Source: an uncultured Clostridia bacterium
GTDB lineage: Bacteria; Bacillota; Clostridia; HGM11514
DNA length: 48,922 nt
Assembly: GCA_902478725.1 (NCBI GenBank)
Contig: CABSMD010000001.1
Span: forward strand, 1-48,922
Direction: 5' to 3'
Of this stretch, positions 39,312 to 48,805 are shown piece after piece. A program made the position numbers and the translations under genes. Below the pieces are notes generated by a model. That model saw only the letters and a program-made list of their open reading frames with translations, did not search any database and had not been told where the DNA came from. How positions within the stretch are numbered: the first letter of the stretch is position 1; every line of letters begins with the position of its first letter.

Positions 39312-40619
39312 GTGCTTGATGTTTTTGGTCAGATCGGTAATGGTATTTTTCAGCTCAATGTCCTGCTCGATCTCCTTTTCGATCTTGTCGCAGGCATACA
39401 GCACGGTGGAATGGTCACGCTTGCCGAAAAATTTGCCGACCTCCGAAAGAGAACTCCCCACAAGCTCCCGGCAGAGGTACATGGCGATCTGGCGGATATA
39501 GGCACACTCCTTGGTGCGTTTTTTGCTCAGCAGCTCTTCCTTTGAGATATTGAAATACCGCGAAACCTCGTTTAACACCAGGTCGTTGGACATCACGATC
39601 TCTTCCGCACGGGAGAAAAAGTCACGTAGCGCTTCCTCCGCAAACTCCTCCGTGAGTGGTTTGTCCGACAAAGTACGGTAGAGGTAGATGCGTTTTAACG
39701 CCCCCTCCAGCTCCCTGATATTGGACTTGATGGACTGGGCTACGAAGGTAATGATCCCGTCGGGTAGTTCCATCTTATTGTCCTGTGCCTTTTTGCGCAG
39801 GATCGCCATCCGCGTTTCAAAGTCCGGCGGCTGGATATCGGTCAGCAGGCCGCATTTGAACCGCGAGGTGAGCCGTTCGGACAACAGCGGTATCTCGGTC
39901 GGCGGACGGTCGCTGGTCAGGATGATCTGTCGGTTCGCCTCATACAGCGTCAAAAAGGTATGGAAAAACTCCTCCTGCGTCCGTTCTTTACCGGCGATGA
40001 ACTGGATATCGTCGATCAGGAGCACATCCAACGACCGGTAGAGGTTTCGGAATTCCTCGTTTTTATCCTCCTTAATCGAGTTGATCAGGTCGTTGGTAAA
40101 CTTCTCACTGGTGACATAGAGCACCTTGGCCTGGGGGTCCTGCTCCAGGATATAATGCCCCACTGATTGAATGAGATGGGTCTTTCCCAGTCCCGCCCCG
40201 CCGTATAAAAACAGCGGGTTATACGCACGCGCCGGATTTTCCGCCACTGCAAGGCAGGCGGCGTGGGCGTATTCATTATTCTTGCCGACCACAAATTCGT
40301 CAAAGGTATAACGCGGATTGAGCGAGCTCTCCGGCAGAGGACGTGCGGACGGCGCCTCCTTTGCCTCATACTCTCCGGCCAGCACCACCGAAAAGGTAAG
40401 CGGCGTGTCGGACACGACGTTTAAGGCGTTTACCAGCAAGGTTTTGTATTTATTTAAAATAGTATTTTTATGTATTTCATTCGGTGCGGATAAAATCAGC
40501 TCGTTTCCCTCCAAAGCCTGCGGCTCGATGGTAGCAAACCAGGTTTTAAACCCGACCTCGGTCAATTCATCCTTTAAAACAGACAGCGTTTTGTCCCACA
40601 AGGCGCGGACATCTGCCAT
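39303..40619 (-). CDS. dnaA: Chromosomal replication initiator DnaA
   Basis: 438 aa. Walker A GGAGLGKTHL, LLIDDIQF, and the C-terminal DnaA signature (RDHSTVLYA). Confidence 0.97.
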   Translation of the reverse strand: MADVRALWDKTLSVLKDELTEVGFKTWFATIEPQALEGNELILSAPNEIHKNTILNKYKTLLVNALNVVSDTPLTFSVVLAGEYEAKEAPSARPLPESSLNPRYTFDEFVVGKNNEYAHAACLAVAENPARAYNPLFLYGGAGLGKTHLIQSVGHYILEQDPQAKVLYVTSEKFTNDLINSIKEDKNEEFRNLYRSLDVLLIDDIQFIAGKERTQEEFFHTFLTLYEANRQIILTSDRPPTEIPLLSERLTSRFKCGLLTDIQPPDFETRMAILRKKAQDNKMELPDGIITFVAQSIKSNIRELEGALKRIYLYRTLSDKPLTEEFAEEALRDFFSRAEEIVMSNDLVLNEVSRYFNISKEELLSKKRTKECAYIRQIAMYLCRELVGSSLSEVGKFFGKRDHSTVLYACDKIEKEIEQDIELKNTITDLTKNIKHSG

Positions 40620-40800
40620 TGGTGATTCCCCCTCGTTTTCGCGCGTAAACTCTCAAAATCAGCCCTGGAAATGAACCACCCTGCATTTTGTCAAAATGAG
40701 GGCGGAATTAATCTTTTATCTATATTATCATATCAAATATGGAGAAAATAATCAATGTTTAAATGAAAATTATTTTATTCTAAGAATTTCCCTTTTTTTA

Positions 40801-40829
40801 TTGACAAGAGGACGGGTTTTGGGTATAAT
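40801..40829 (+). promoter_or_regulatory. Consensus sigma-A promoter of rpmH (TTGACA, 17 nt spacer, TATAAT)
   Basis: TTGACA at 40801-40806, a 17-nt spacer, and TATAAT at 40824-40829, about 60 nt upstream of rpmH. Confidence 0.7.
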
Positions 40830-40891
40830 AAGAACGGTGTCTTTTAAAATTGGAAAAAACATACTGTTTAGAATAGAAGGAGGTGCTGCGG

Positions 40892-41026
40892 ATGCTTAGG
40901 ACATATCAGCCCAAAAAGAGACAGAGGAGCAAGGAACACGGGTTCCGCAAACGGATGCGGACGAAGAATGGCCGCAAGGTTTTGGCCCGGAGAAGACAGA
41001 AGGGTAGAGTCAGGTTGTCAGCGTAA
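40892..41026 (+). CDS. rpmH: 50S ribosomal protein L34
   Basis: Not in the ORF track because it is only 44 aa. Translated by hand as [52 protein letters not shown]. Confidence 0.9.
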   Translation: MLRTYQPKKRQRSKEHGFRKRMRTKNGRKVLARRRQKGRVRLSA

Positions 41027-41088
41027 AGGCCACTGTCGTGGTCTTTTCTATTATGTACTTCCATTTTTATTTGGTAAGGGAAGCGAGT

Positions 41089-41439
41089 ATGAGGCATACG
41101 GTTGCAATCAACAGAAACGGCCAGTTTTTACGTATTTATAAAAAGGGAAGCTCGCTTGCCGGAAAGTATCTGGTGCTCTATTACAGAAAAAACCGCAATA
41201 AGGGCAACGGCCTTGGAATTACGGTGACCAAAAAAATAGGCAAGGCTGTGGTGCGTAACCGGATCAGAAGACTGGTCAAAGAGAATTACAGGCTAATGGA
41301 AGAATCAATCGACATGGGGTACGATATCATCTTTGTCGCGCGGATGAAGGCGCGGTACGCCGATTTTTACACGATACGAAAAGCAATGGAACAGCTTCTC
41401 AAACAGGCGGGACTGCTTCGGAAAGAGGGTAGGGAATGA
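41089..41439 (+). CDS. rnpA: Ribonuclease P protein component
   Basis: Start at [13 protein letters not shown]. The [20 protein letters not shown] motif (RNR box) is present. Follows rpmH. Confidence 0.9.
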   Translation: MRHTVAINRNGQFLRIYKKGSSLAGKYLVLYYRKNRNKGNGLGITVTKKIGKAVVRNRIRRLVKENYRLMEESIDMGYDIIFVARMKARYADFYTIRKAMEQLLKQAGLLRKEGRE

Positions 41440-41645
41440 AACGGGTTTTACTTGCGATGATCCGGTTTTACCGAAGATTTATTTCTCCCCTGAAACGGCC
41501 CTGCTGCCGGTTTTATCCCACCTGCTCGCAATACGCGCTGACTGCGGTTGAAACCTACGGCGCGGCAAAGGGCGGGTTGATGGCGATAAAAAGGATTTTG
41601 AAATGCCATCCGTTCCATGCCGGCGGCTATGACCCCGTAAAATAG
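41436..41645 (+). CDS. yidD: Membrane protein insertion efficiency factor YidD
   Basis: 69 aa. [11 protein letters not shown] motif. ATGA overlap with rnpA. Confidence 0.9.
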   Translation: MKRVLLAMIRFYRRFISPLKRPCCRFYPTCSQYALTAVETYGAAKGGLMAIKRILKCHPFHAGGYDPVK

Positions 41646-41661
41646 GAGGAATATATACTAG

Positions 41662-42555
41662 ATGTTAAACTTTTTGGCGTTTTTGGCGCCGGTCTTAGGG
41701 CCGATCCTGCGGTTTATCTATGAAATCGTGAAGAATTACGGCCTGGCAATTATCCTCTTTTCCCTGCTGATCAAGCTGGTGACGTTGCCGCTTGCCATCA
41801 AGCAGCAGAAGTCTTCCATGGAAATAAGGAAAATCCAGCCGGAGCTGCAGGTAATCAACAAAAAATACAAGAACGATAAGGAAAAGCTGCAAAAAGAAAC
41901 CATGAAGCTGTATGAAAAGCACAGCATCAACCCGGCGGCGGGCTGTTTGCCGATGTTGATTCAGCTTCCGATCATCTTTGCATTATACCGGGTGATTTAT
42001 CAGCCGGTGACATATATTCTTAATTTGAGCTTTGACACCATTAAGCAGATCGTGGAACGACTCGCGCTCGGCATCGACCTCTCAAACGCCAATGCGCTGA
42101 TGACCAAGGAGATCGACATCGCCAACGCTCTTACGCCGGACGCGATTGCAAAGCTATCCGACATCCTGCCCCACGCGATCGAGCCGATCGATTTTACCTT
42201 TTTGGGGCTGAATTTGGCGCAAACGCCACAGCTGAGTGTATTTAACATTCTGTGGATCATCCCGCTGCTCGCGGGTGTGACCACCTTTTTGACCAGCAAG
42301 TTTGCAGCCGCTGCGCAGCCGATGCCGGCGGGGGACAACCCAGCCGCGTCGATGAACAACAGCATGATGATTATTTTCCCGTTCATGACCGCGTATTTTT
42401 GTTTTATCATGCCGGCGGGCGTTGGTGTGTACTGGATCGTGAACAATGTTCTGTCGCTGTTGCAGCAGGTGTTCTTAAACAGGATGTGGCGGAGCAAGCT
42501 TGAGGATGATGTGATTGAAGTGAAAAAGAAGAAGGGCGGTGAGCCGAAAAAATGA
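41662..42555 (+). CDS. yidC: Membrane insertase YidC/SpoIIIJ family
   Basis: 297 aa with multiple TM spans. PLxxKQxxS and GCLPMLIQLPI motifs. Confidence 0.9.
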   Translation: MLNFLAFLAPVLGPILRFIYEIVKNYGLAIILFSLLIKLVTLPLAIKQQKSSMEIRKIQPELQVINKKYKNDKEKLQKETMKLYEKHSINPAAGCLPMLIQLPIIFALYRVIYQPVTYILNLSFDTIKQIVERLALGIDLSNANALMTKEIDIANALTPDAIAKLSDILPHAIEPIDFTFLGLNLAQTPQLSVFNILWIIPLLAGVTTFLTSKFAAAAQPMPAGDNPAASMNNSMMIIFPFMTAYFCFIMPAGVGVYWIVNNVLSLLQQVFLNRMWRSKLEDDVIEVKKKKGGEPKK

Positions 42556-43283
42556 ACAGAGAGATTGAAAAAGAGGGCAGAACGATAGAAGAGGCAATCG
42601 AGGCGGCGCTCTCTGAGTTGGGGGTTGCGCGTGAGGACGCGCAGATTGAGATTCTGGAAAAGGAACACAAAGGCATGTTCGGGTTTATGTCCAAGCCCGC
42701 AAGAGTCAAGGTATCGGTCATCGAGGATGACGAGATAGAGGCGGGCGGCATTGAAGCACAAGCCGAACGGTTTTTGCAGAGCATATTCGAAAAGATGGGC
42801 CTGACTGTTGAAATTACTACTAAGGTGGAGGAAAACGAAGTCAAAATTGAGATGACCGGAGACGAGATGGGCGCGGTAATCGGCAGACGGGGTGAAACTC
42901 TGGATGCCCTGCAGTATCTGACAACGCTGGCGGTCAATCGCGCATCGGAGGAGTATTGTAAGGTGTCACTCGATACTGAAAACTACCGCAGCGAACGGGA
43001 AAAGACCCTGATCGGCCTCGCAAACCGTCTGGCGGCAAAGGCCAAGCGCACCAAGCGTAACGTATCGTTGGAGCCGATGAATTCGTATGAGAGAAAGATC
43101 ATCCATTCCGCGCTTCAGGACGACAAGGAGGTTTCGACCTTCAGCGTCGGGGATGAGCCAAACCGCAAGATTATTATCAGCCCCAAGGGGGCGCAGAGGC
43201 GCGGCGGATACAACCAGCGGCCCAGGCAGGATATGAACCGCAGGCCGGAGCGCAGGCCAGAACACCGGGTGGCAGAGGATTAA
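42552..43283 (+). CDS. jag: Jag/SpoIIIJ-associated KH plus R3H RNA-binding protein
   Basis: 243 aa. GRRGETLDALQYL (KH) and YERKIIHSAL (R3H) motifs. ATGA overlap with yidC. Confidence 0.85.
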   Translation: MNREIEKEGRTIEEAIEAALSELGVAREDAQIEILEKEHKGMFGFMSKPARVKVSVIEDDEIEAGGIEAQAERFLQSIFEKMGLTVEITTKVEENEVKIEMTGDEMGAVIGRRGETLDALQYLTTLAVNRASEEYCKVSLDTENYRSEREKTLIGLANRLAAKAKRTKRNVSLEPMNSYERKIIHSALQDDKEVSTFSVGDEPNRKIIISPKGAQRRGGYNQRPRQDMNRRPERRPEHRVAED

Positions 43284-43295
43284 AAATGAAAAATC

Positions 43296-43348
43296 AAAAG
43301 CTGTCGGCAGCGCAGGCGGAAACCGTATGCGCCACAGGCAGCTTTTTT
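43296..43348 (+). terminator. Probable terminator after jag
   Basis: AAAAGCUG/CAGCUUUU outer stem and GCGCA/UGCGC inner stem, followed by a T6 run. Confidence 0.5.
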
Positions 43349-43380
43349 GAGTATTTGCATAGAAAAAGGAGGGCGAAAGC

Positions 43381-44766
43381 GTGAAGGAAACCGAAACCAT
43401 TGCGGCAGTTGCGACGGGTCCAGGTGTGGGCGCGGTTGCGATTGTGCGGATCAGCGGGGACAGGGCGGTTGCAATTGCTGAGAAAATTTGGGATGGCAGG
43501 AAAAGGCTTTGTGATCTGCCGGCCTATTCGTTTGCGTTCGGCCGGATTGTATGGGATGGCCGTATCATCGACGAGGTTTTGTGCGCGGTGTTCCGCGCGC
43601 CGCACTCCTACACCGGAGAGGATACTGTCGAGATTAACTGTCACGGCGGGCGCCGGGTACGGGAGATGGTGCTTGAAGCGGTAATCCACGCGGGCGCCCG
43701 GCTGGCAGAGGCGGGCGAATTTTCCAAGCGCGCTTTTATTAATGGCAAGCTCGATCTTTCCCAAGCGGAGGCAGTGATCGACATGATCCAGGCAAAGGGG
43801 TCGGGCAGCGTTTACAACGCGGCCGGCCAGATGGCGGGCGGCATCGCAGCTCAGATCAATGAAATCCGGGACGCTCTGCTGTCGATCCACGCACGTATAT
43901 TGGCGGTGATTGATTTCCCGGATGAGGAGATCGAGGAATGGGAGACCGCACAGTTTGCGCAGGAGATCGGGGAACGGATTTGTCAGATAGACAGATTATT
44001 GGATGGATTTTCGGTCGGCAGGCTTTTGCGGGAGGGATACTCTGTTGCGATAGTAGGTAAGACCAATGCGGGGAAATCCTCTCTTTTTAACGCCATGCTG
44101 GACTGCCAGCGGGCGATTGTGACAGACATCGCAGGCACCACCCGCGATGTGGTGGAGGAAATGATCGAGATCCGAGGGCTGCCGGTACGGCTGTTGGATA
44201 CGGCGGGCATCCGCGAGACCGACGACATTGTGGAACGGCTTGGGGTGGAACGCTCCAAGGAGATGATTACCCAAAGCGACCTGGTTCTGTATGTGGTTGA
44301 CGGCAGCCAGGTTTATGAAGAAAAGGATACGATCATTCCACTTTTAAAGGAAAAGGATTGCATTGTAGTACAGAATAAGGCAGACTTGCCACAGCGACTG
44401 GAGACGGTGAATTTAAAACGGGATTTAAGCCAGGCGGGAGTGGACGGCATACAGATTGCGCTGTCTTGCCGGGATGGGAAGGGCTTGGACAGCCTTTTTG
44501 AGCGCATCTATGAGATGGCCACACGCACGGCGGGCAATATGCGCGAAAACGAACCGCTTTTGAGCAATGTCCGCCATAAGCAATGCCTGGAGCAGGCCCG
44601 CCGCAGTCTGTGTGACGCGCAGGATGCAATCGCCGCAGGTATTCCAATGGACGTGGTATCGATTGACATTGGGCGGGCCTGCGAGCAATTGGGGCAGGTG
44701 ACCGGCGTTTCGGTCAATGAAGAGGTGGTACAAAAGATTTTTTCCCAGTTTTGTGTTGGGAAATAA
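43381..44766 (+). CDS. mnmE: tRNA modification GTPase MnmE
   Basis: 461 aa with a GTG start. GKTNAGKSSLFN G1 motif and a C-terminal CVGK. Confidence 0.95.
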   Translation: MKETETIAAVATGPGVGAVAIVRISGDRAVAIAEKIWDGRKRLCDLPAYSFAFGRIVWDGRIIDEVLCAVFRAPHSYTGEDTVEINCHGGRRVREMVLEAVIHAGARLAEAGEFSKRAFINGKLDLSQAEAVIDMIQAKGSGSVYNAAGQMAGGIAAQINEIRDALLSIHARILAVIDFPDEEIEEWETAQFAQEIGERICQIDRLLDGFSVGRLLREGYSVAIVGKTNAGKSSLFNAMLDCQRAIVTDIAGTTRDVVEEMIEIRGLPVRLLDTAGIRETDDIVERLGVERSKEMITQSDLVLYVVDGSQVYEEKDTIIPLLKEKDCIVVQNKADLPQRLETVNLKRDLSQAGVDGIQIALSCRDGKGLDSLFERIYEMATRTAGNMRENEPLLSNVRHKQCLEQARRSLCDAQDAIAAGIPMDVVSIDIGRACEQLGQVTGVSVNEEVVQKIFSQFCVGK

Positions 44767-44860
44767 GGAGCCGGATGCGTGCAAAAAGGCGCGCAAGGGC
44801 CCTTAATAACGGGAGAACAGGAAAAAGAACGAATGTAGCTGACGAAATGGGGATAATGCT

Positions 44861-46726
44861 ATGACGGTATACGAAGCGGGTGAATATGACATTGCGGTAA
44901 TCGGCGGCGGGCACGCGGGAATCGAGGCGGCTTTTGCAGCCGCACGGCTGGGCTGCCGCGTCGCGCTGTTTACCATGAATCTGGATGCGGTCGCCAACCT
45001 CCCCTGCAACCCCCGCATCGGCGGGACCTCCAAGGGGCACCTGGTACGAGAAATCGACGCGCTGGGCGGCGAGATGGGGAAGGTCATTGACAAGACATTC
45101 ATCCAATCAAGGATGCTAAACCGCGGCAAGGGCCCGGCGGTACACTCCCTGCGGGCGCAGGCAGACCGCAGGCAGTATCAGATGGAGATGAAGGAACGGC
45201 TGGAAAACCAGCCGGGAATCGACATCAAGCAATGTGAAATCACTGAACTTTTATTTGACAAAAAGAAGGTAACCGGGGTCAAGACACATATTGGCGCAAT
45301 CTACCGGGTACAGGCGGCTATTGTTGCAAGCGGCACCTATTTACAGGGAAAGATTATTATTGGGGAGACCGCTTACACAGGCGGGCCGGACGGGATGTTT
45401 GCGGCAACCTCGTTAAGCGCTTGTCTGCGGGACGCCGGGCTGACGCTGATGCGGTTTAAGACCGGAACGCCGGCGCGCGTCCACGCGGACAGTCTGGATT
45501 ATGACCAGATGGAGGAACAGCTCGGAGACGAGCCGGTAATCCCATTTTCGTTTGAGACGGAGGAGAGGTTACACAACCAGGCTTCCTGCTGGCTGACCTA
45601 CACCAATGAGGAAACTCACCGGATCATCCGCGAAAATCTGCACCGTTCGCCGCTGTATTCCGGAAAAATAGAGGGAATCGGGCCACGCTACTGCCCCTCC
45701 ATCGAGGACAAGGTGGTACGGTTTCCAGACAAGGAACGGCACCAGATTTTCATTGAGCCGACCGGTCTTCACACCAAGGAAATGTATGTACAGGGAATGT
45801 CGAGCAGTCTGCCCGAGGATGTGCAGCTCAAATTTTTGCGCTCGGTCGCTGGCCTTCAACGGGTGCAGGTCATGCGCACCGGGTATGCCATTGAGTACGA
45901 CTGTGTCGACCCCACGGAGCTCAACCACACGCTGGAATCCAAGCAGATCAGGGGATTATACGGCGCGGGACAGTTCAACGGCTCCTCCGGTTATGAGGAG
46001 GCGGCAGCGCAGGGGCTGATGGCGGGCATCAACGCGGCGCACGCGGTTTTAGGGCGGGAGCCGGTGGTGTTGGACCGCGCGCAGGGGTATATTGGAACGC
46101 TGATCGACGATCTGGTGACAAAGGGGACGCACGAGCCCTACCGGATGATGACCGCACGCTCGGAATACCGCCTGCTGCTCCGGCAGGATAACGCGGACAT
46201 GCGGCTGACCCCGCTTGGCTACCAAATCGGCCTGATTGAAGAGGAGCGCTACGCGCGCTTTTTGGAAAAGAAACGCCTGATTGAACAGGAAATCGCACGG
46301 CTGGAAAAAACGACGGTCGCCCCGGGAGAGGAGATCAACGCCTTTTTGGAGCAAAAGGGGCAGCCACCCTTAAAAACGGGCGCGAAGCTATCAGACCTCA
46401 TGAAGCGCCCCAGCATCGGGTATGAAGAACTGGAGTTTGCCGACAACGCGCGGGGACAGCTCCCTGACGCGGTACGCGAGCAGGTGGAAATTTCGATTAA
46501 GTATAAGGGCTACATTGACAAGCAGATGCAGCAGGTAGAGCAGTTTAGACGGCTGGAAGGACAAAAGATACCGCCGGATACCGATTATGACGCGGTATAT
46601 GGTCTGCGGATTGAGGCGCGGCAGAAGCTCAAAAAGATTCAGCCCGCGTCGCTGGGACAGGCGTCGCGTATTTCAGGCGTATCCTCAGCGGATTTGGCGG
46701 TGCTGATGGTTTATTTGAAAAAGTAG
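44861..46726 (+). CDS. mnmG: tRNA uridine 5-carboxymethylaminomethyl modification enzyme MnmG
   Basis: 621 aa. [19 protein letters not shown] motif and [11 protein letters not shown]. Confidence 0.95.
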   Translation: MTVYEAGEYDIAVIGGGHAGIEAAFAAARLGCRVALFTMNLDAVANLPCNPRIGGTSKGHLVREIDALGGEMGKVIDKTFIQSRMLNRGKGPAVHSLRAQADRRQYQMEMKERLENQPGIDIKQCEITELLFDKKKVTGVKTHIGAIYRVQAAIVASGTYLQGKIIIGETAYTGGPDGMFAATSLSACLRDAGLTLMRFKTGTPARVHADSLDYDQMEEQLGDEPVIPFSFETEERLHNQASCWLTYTNEETHRIIRENLHRSPLYSGKIEGIGPRYCPSIEDKVVRFPDKERHQIFIEPTGLHTKEMYVQGMSSSLPEDVQLKFLRSVAGLQRVQVMRTGYAIEYDCVDPTELNHTLESKQIRGLYGAGQFNGSSGYEEAAAQGLMAGINAAHAVLGREPVVLDRAQGYIGTLIDDLVTKGTHEPYRMMTARSEYRLLLRQDNADMRLTPLGYQIGLIEEERYARFLEKKRLIEQEIARLEKTTVAPGEEINAFLEQKGQPPLKTGAKLSDLMKRPSIGYEELEFADNARGQLPDAVREQVEISIKYKGYIDKQMQQVEQFRRLEGQKIPPDTDYDAVYGLRIEARQKLKKIQPASLGQASRISGVSSADLAVLMVYLKK

Positions 46727-46735
46727 GGGGCGGCC

Positions 46736-47440
46736 ATGATGCGGAATATTTTAGAGACGGGTGCGCACACGTTTGGAATTGCGCTGACCGAAGAAAAGCT
46801 TTCACAGTTTGAGCAATACTATGCCCTGCTGGTCGAGTGGAACGAACGGATGAATCTTACCGCGATTACCGACCCCGCCGCTGTGACAGTACGTCATTTT
46901 TTGGACAGCATCAGCTGTGCTCAAACCGGGCTGTTCGCGCCGGATGAAATGGTAATAGACGTAGGGTCGGGCGCGGGATTTCCGGGCCTGCCGCTTGCCA
47001 TCTGTTTTTCGGACACCAGCTTTATTTTGCTGGATTCCCTGCAAAAACGGGTGCAGTTTTTGAATACGGTCATTTCGTCTTTGGGACTCAACAATGTAAC
47101 AGCGGTGCACGCGAGGGCGGAAGATGCGGCGCGCGGCGAATGGCGGGAACGGTTCGGCATCGCACTCTCCCGTGCGGTCGCCCCTCTTAACGTGCTGTGC
47201 GAGCTTTGTTTGCCGTTTGTGAAGGTGGGGGGACACCTGATAGCCATGAAGGGGAAACAGGCCGCACAGGAGCAGGAAGAGGCTGCAAACGCTATCCATG
47301 TTCTTGGGGGAAATACGAAAAATTCAATGCCGGTTTCGATTGATGACCACACAAGACGACTTATTTTGATAGAAAAAACAGCCTCCACTCCCTTAAAATA
47401 TCCCAGAAAGGCGGGAAAACCGTCGAAAAACCCTATATAA
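46736..47440 (+). CDS. rsmG: 16S rRNA m7G527 methyltransferase RsmG
   Basis: 234 aa. WNERMNLTAI and DVGSGAGFPGLPLAI motifs. Confidence 0.9.
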   Translation: MMRNILETGAHTFGIALTEEKLSQFEQYYALLVEWNERMNLTAITDPAAVTVRHFLDSISCAQTGLFAPDEMVIDVGSGAGFPGLPLAICFSDTSFILLDSLQKRVQFLNTVISSLGLNNVTAVHARAEDAARGEWRERFGIALSRAVAPLNVLCELCLPFVKVGGHLIAMKGKQAAQEQEEAANAIHVLGGNTKNSMPVSIDDHTRRLILIEKTASTPLKYPRKAGKPSKNPI

Positions 47441-47504
47441 ATGAGATAAAAGAAGAAAGATTTTTGGGGAATGTCGAACGATTCCCTATTCCATTCTGGG
47501 AAAT

Positions 47505-47616
47505 ATATGGTATAATGTAAGCAACTTTGGTTTCAACAGGAAAGTTTCTACCGGTATAAATAGTTTTATTCGTAGAAACTAAAGTTGCTTAGTAGCAGTA
47601 AGATTTATGGTATATT
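47505..47616 (+). repeat. Promoter-plus-hairpin repeat unit N, upstream of noc
   Basis: TGgTATAAT (47509-47516), then a 16-bp stem 47519-47534 / 47575-47590, then a second TGgTATATT (47609-47616). Homologous to the units at 48569-48776. Confidence 0.6.
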
Positions 47617-47653
47617 TGCAGAAGATCTTTGATACATAAGAGGAGGAACTGGA

Positions 47654-48478
47654 ATGGCATTTTTTGGATTCGGGGCCGAAAAGATAGATAAGGACAAGAT
47701 TTATACCGTTGAGATAGAGAAGGTTGTAGCAAACCCCTATCAGCCAAGAAAGGAATTTGACACCGAAGCGATCAATGAATTGTGCCTGTCGATCAAGCAG
47801 TTTGGTATCCTACAGCCATTATTGGTGCGGAAAAAGAAGGATACCTATGAGCTGATCGCCGGGGAACGCCGGCTGAAGGCCGCGACACAGGCAGGTTTAC
47901 AGGAGGTTCCGGTTATCATCAAAGAGATGACCGACGACGATTCCGCAGTGGTGGCTCTGATTGAAAACTTGCAAAGACGGGATTTGTCTTTTATGGAGGA
48001 GGCCAACGCATTCCATCAGTTGGTAAACGTACATGGAATGACGCAGGAGATGCTTGCCGAACGGATCGGCAAGAACCAATCGACAATTGCCAACAAGATG
48101 CGTCTGTTGAAGCTGGCTGACCCGGTGAAGCGGCTCATCAGCGAACACAACCTCACCGAACGGCACGCGCGGGCTCTTTTGAAACTGCCGCATGAGCAGG
48201 CACAGCTTGAGGTGCTCGACCAGATCATAGAAAAAAACCTCAATGTCAAGGACAGCGAGGAACTGATCGAACAGTATCTGTCCAACTCCTTTGCGGAGGA
48301 AAAGCTACCCAAGCGCAAGAAAAAGGCAATGCGGCCGATTGTGTCAAAGGACGTGAGGCTATTCCTTAACACAATCAACCAAGCACTGGACACAATGAAA
48401 AATTCCGGAGTCGCGGCGGTCTCTGAGAAGAAGGAGTTTGACGACCACATCGAATACTCGATCATCATCCCAAAATAA
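47654..48478 (+). CDS. noc: ParB-family nucleoid occlusion protein (Noc-like)
   Basis: 274 aa. ParB box GERRLKAA and an HTH (QEMLAERIGKNQSTIANKMRLLKL). Its position between rsmG and soj matches Firmicutes. Confidence 0.8.
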   Translation: MAFFGFGAEKIDKDKIYTVEIEKVVANPYQPRKEFDTEAINELCLSIKQFGILQPLLVRKKKDTYELIAGERRLKAATQAGLQEVPVIIKEMTDDDSAVVALIENLQRRDLSFMEEANAFHQLVNVHGMTQEMLAERIGKNQSTIANKMRLLKLADPVKRLISEHNLTERHARALLKLPHEQAQLEVLDQIIEKNLNVKDSEELIEQYLSNSFAEEKLPKRKKKAMRPIVSKDVRLFLNTINQALDTMKNSGVAAVSEKKEFDDHIEYSIIIPK

Positions 48479-48480
48479 AT

Positions 48481-48496
48481 TGTTTCACGTGAAACA
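48481..48496. promoter_or_regulatory. parS centromere-like site, TGTTTCACGTGAAACA
   Basis: Perfect 16-bp palindrome matching the Firmicutes parS consensus TGTTNCACGTGAAACA, 3 nt after the noc stop. Confidence 0.85.
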
Positions 48497-48529
48497 AAAG
48501 GCCCAAATAATAAAAAATTTGGGCCTTTT
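48496..48529 (+). terminator. noc terminator
   Basis: AAAAGGCCCAAAT / ATTTGGGCCTTTT stem followed by a T-run. Confidence 0.8.
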
Positions 48530-48568
48530 GTATTGCCTATAAAATTACCCCTTTTATTTTTGATAAGG

Positions 48569-48776
48569 TTATGATATAATATAAACAACTTTGGTTTCAA
48601 CAGGAAAGTATTTGCCGGTATAAAAATTTATTTCAAAGAAAGCGAAGTCTTAGTAGCACTAAATTTTATGGTATAATATAAGCAACTTCGGTTTCAACAG
48701 GAAAGTTTCTGCCGATAAAATATTTATTTCAAAGAAAGCGAAGTTGCCTTAGTAGCACTAAATTTTATGGTATAAT
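48569..48776 (+). repeat. Two tandem promoter-plus-hairpin repeat units (S1, S2) plus a third promoter copy, upstream of soj
   Basis: TATAAT boxes at 48575, 48672 and 48771 (periods of 97 and 99 bp), each with an upstream TG. Stems at 48586-48598/48638-48648 and at 48682-48695/48734-48747. Confidence 0.6.
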
Positions 48777-48805
48777 AAGACAATCAATTGTAAGAGGGTG
48801 TTTCT

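Noticed and set aside
43286-43360. 24-codon ORF (MKNQKLSAAQAETVCATGSFFEYLHR) right after jag
   Set aside because: It coincides with the arms of the putative jag terminator hairpin and has no RBS.
47472-47478. TGTCGAA, a Spo0A-box-like heptamer, upstream of the noc repeat unit
   Set aside because: It is a single 7-mer occurrence, which is expected by chance in a window of this size. There is no second box or other supporting context.
48569-48776. CRISPR array as an explanation for the regular repeats
   Set aside because: The units are 97-100 bp and contiguous, with no unique spacers. Each contains a promoter-like box. No cas genes are nearby, and one copy is isolated upstream of noc.
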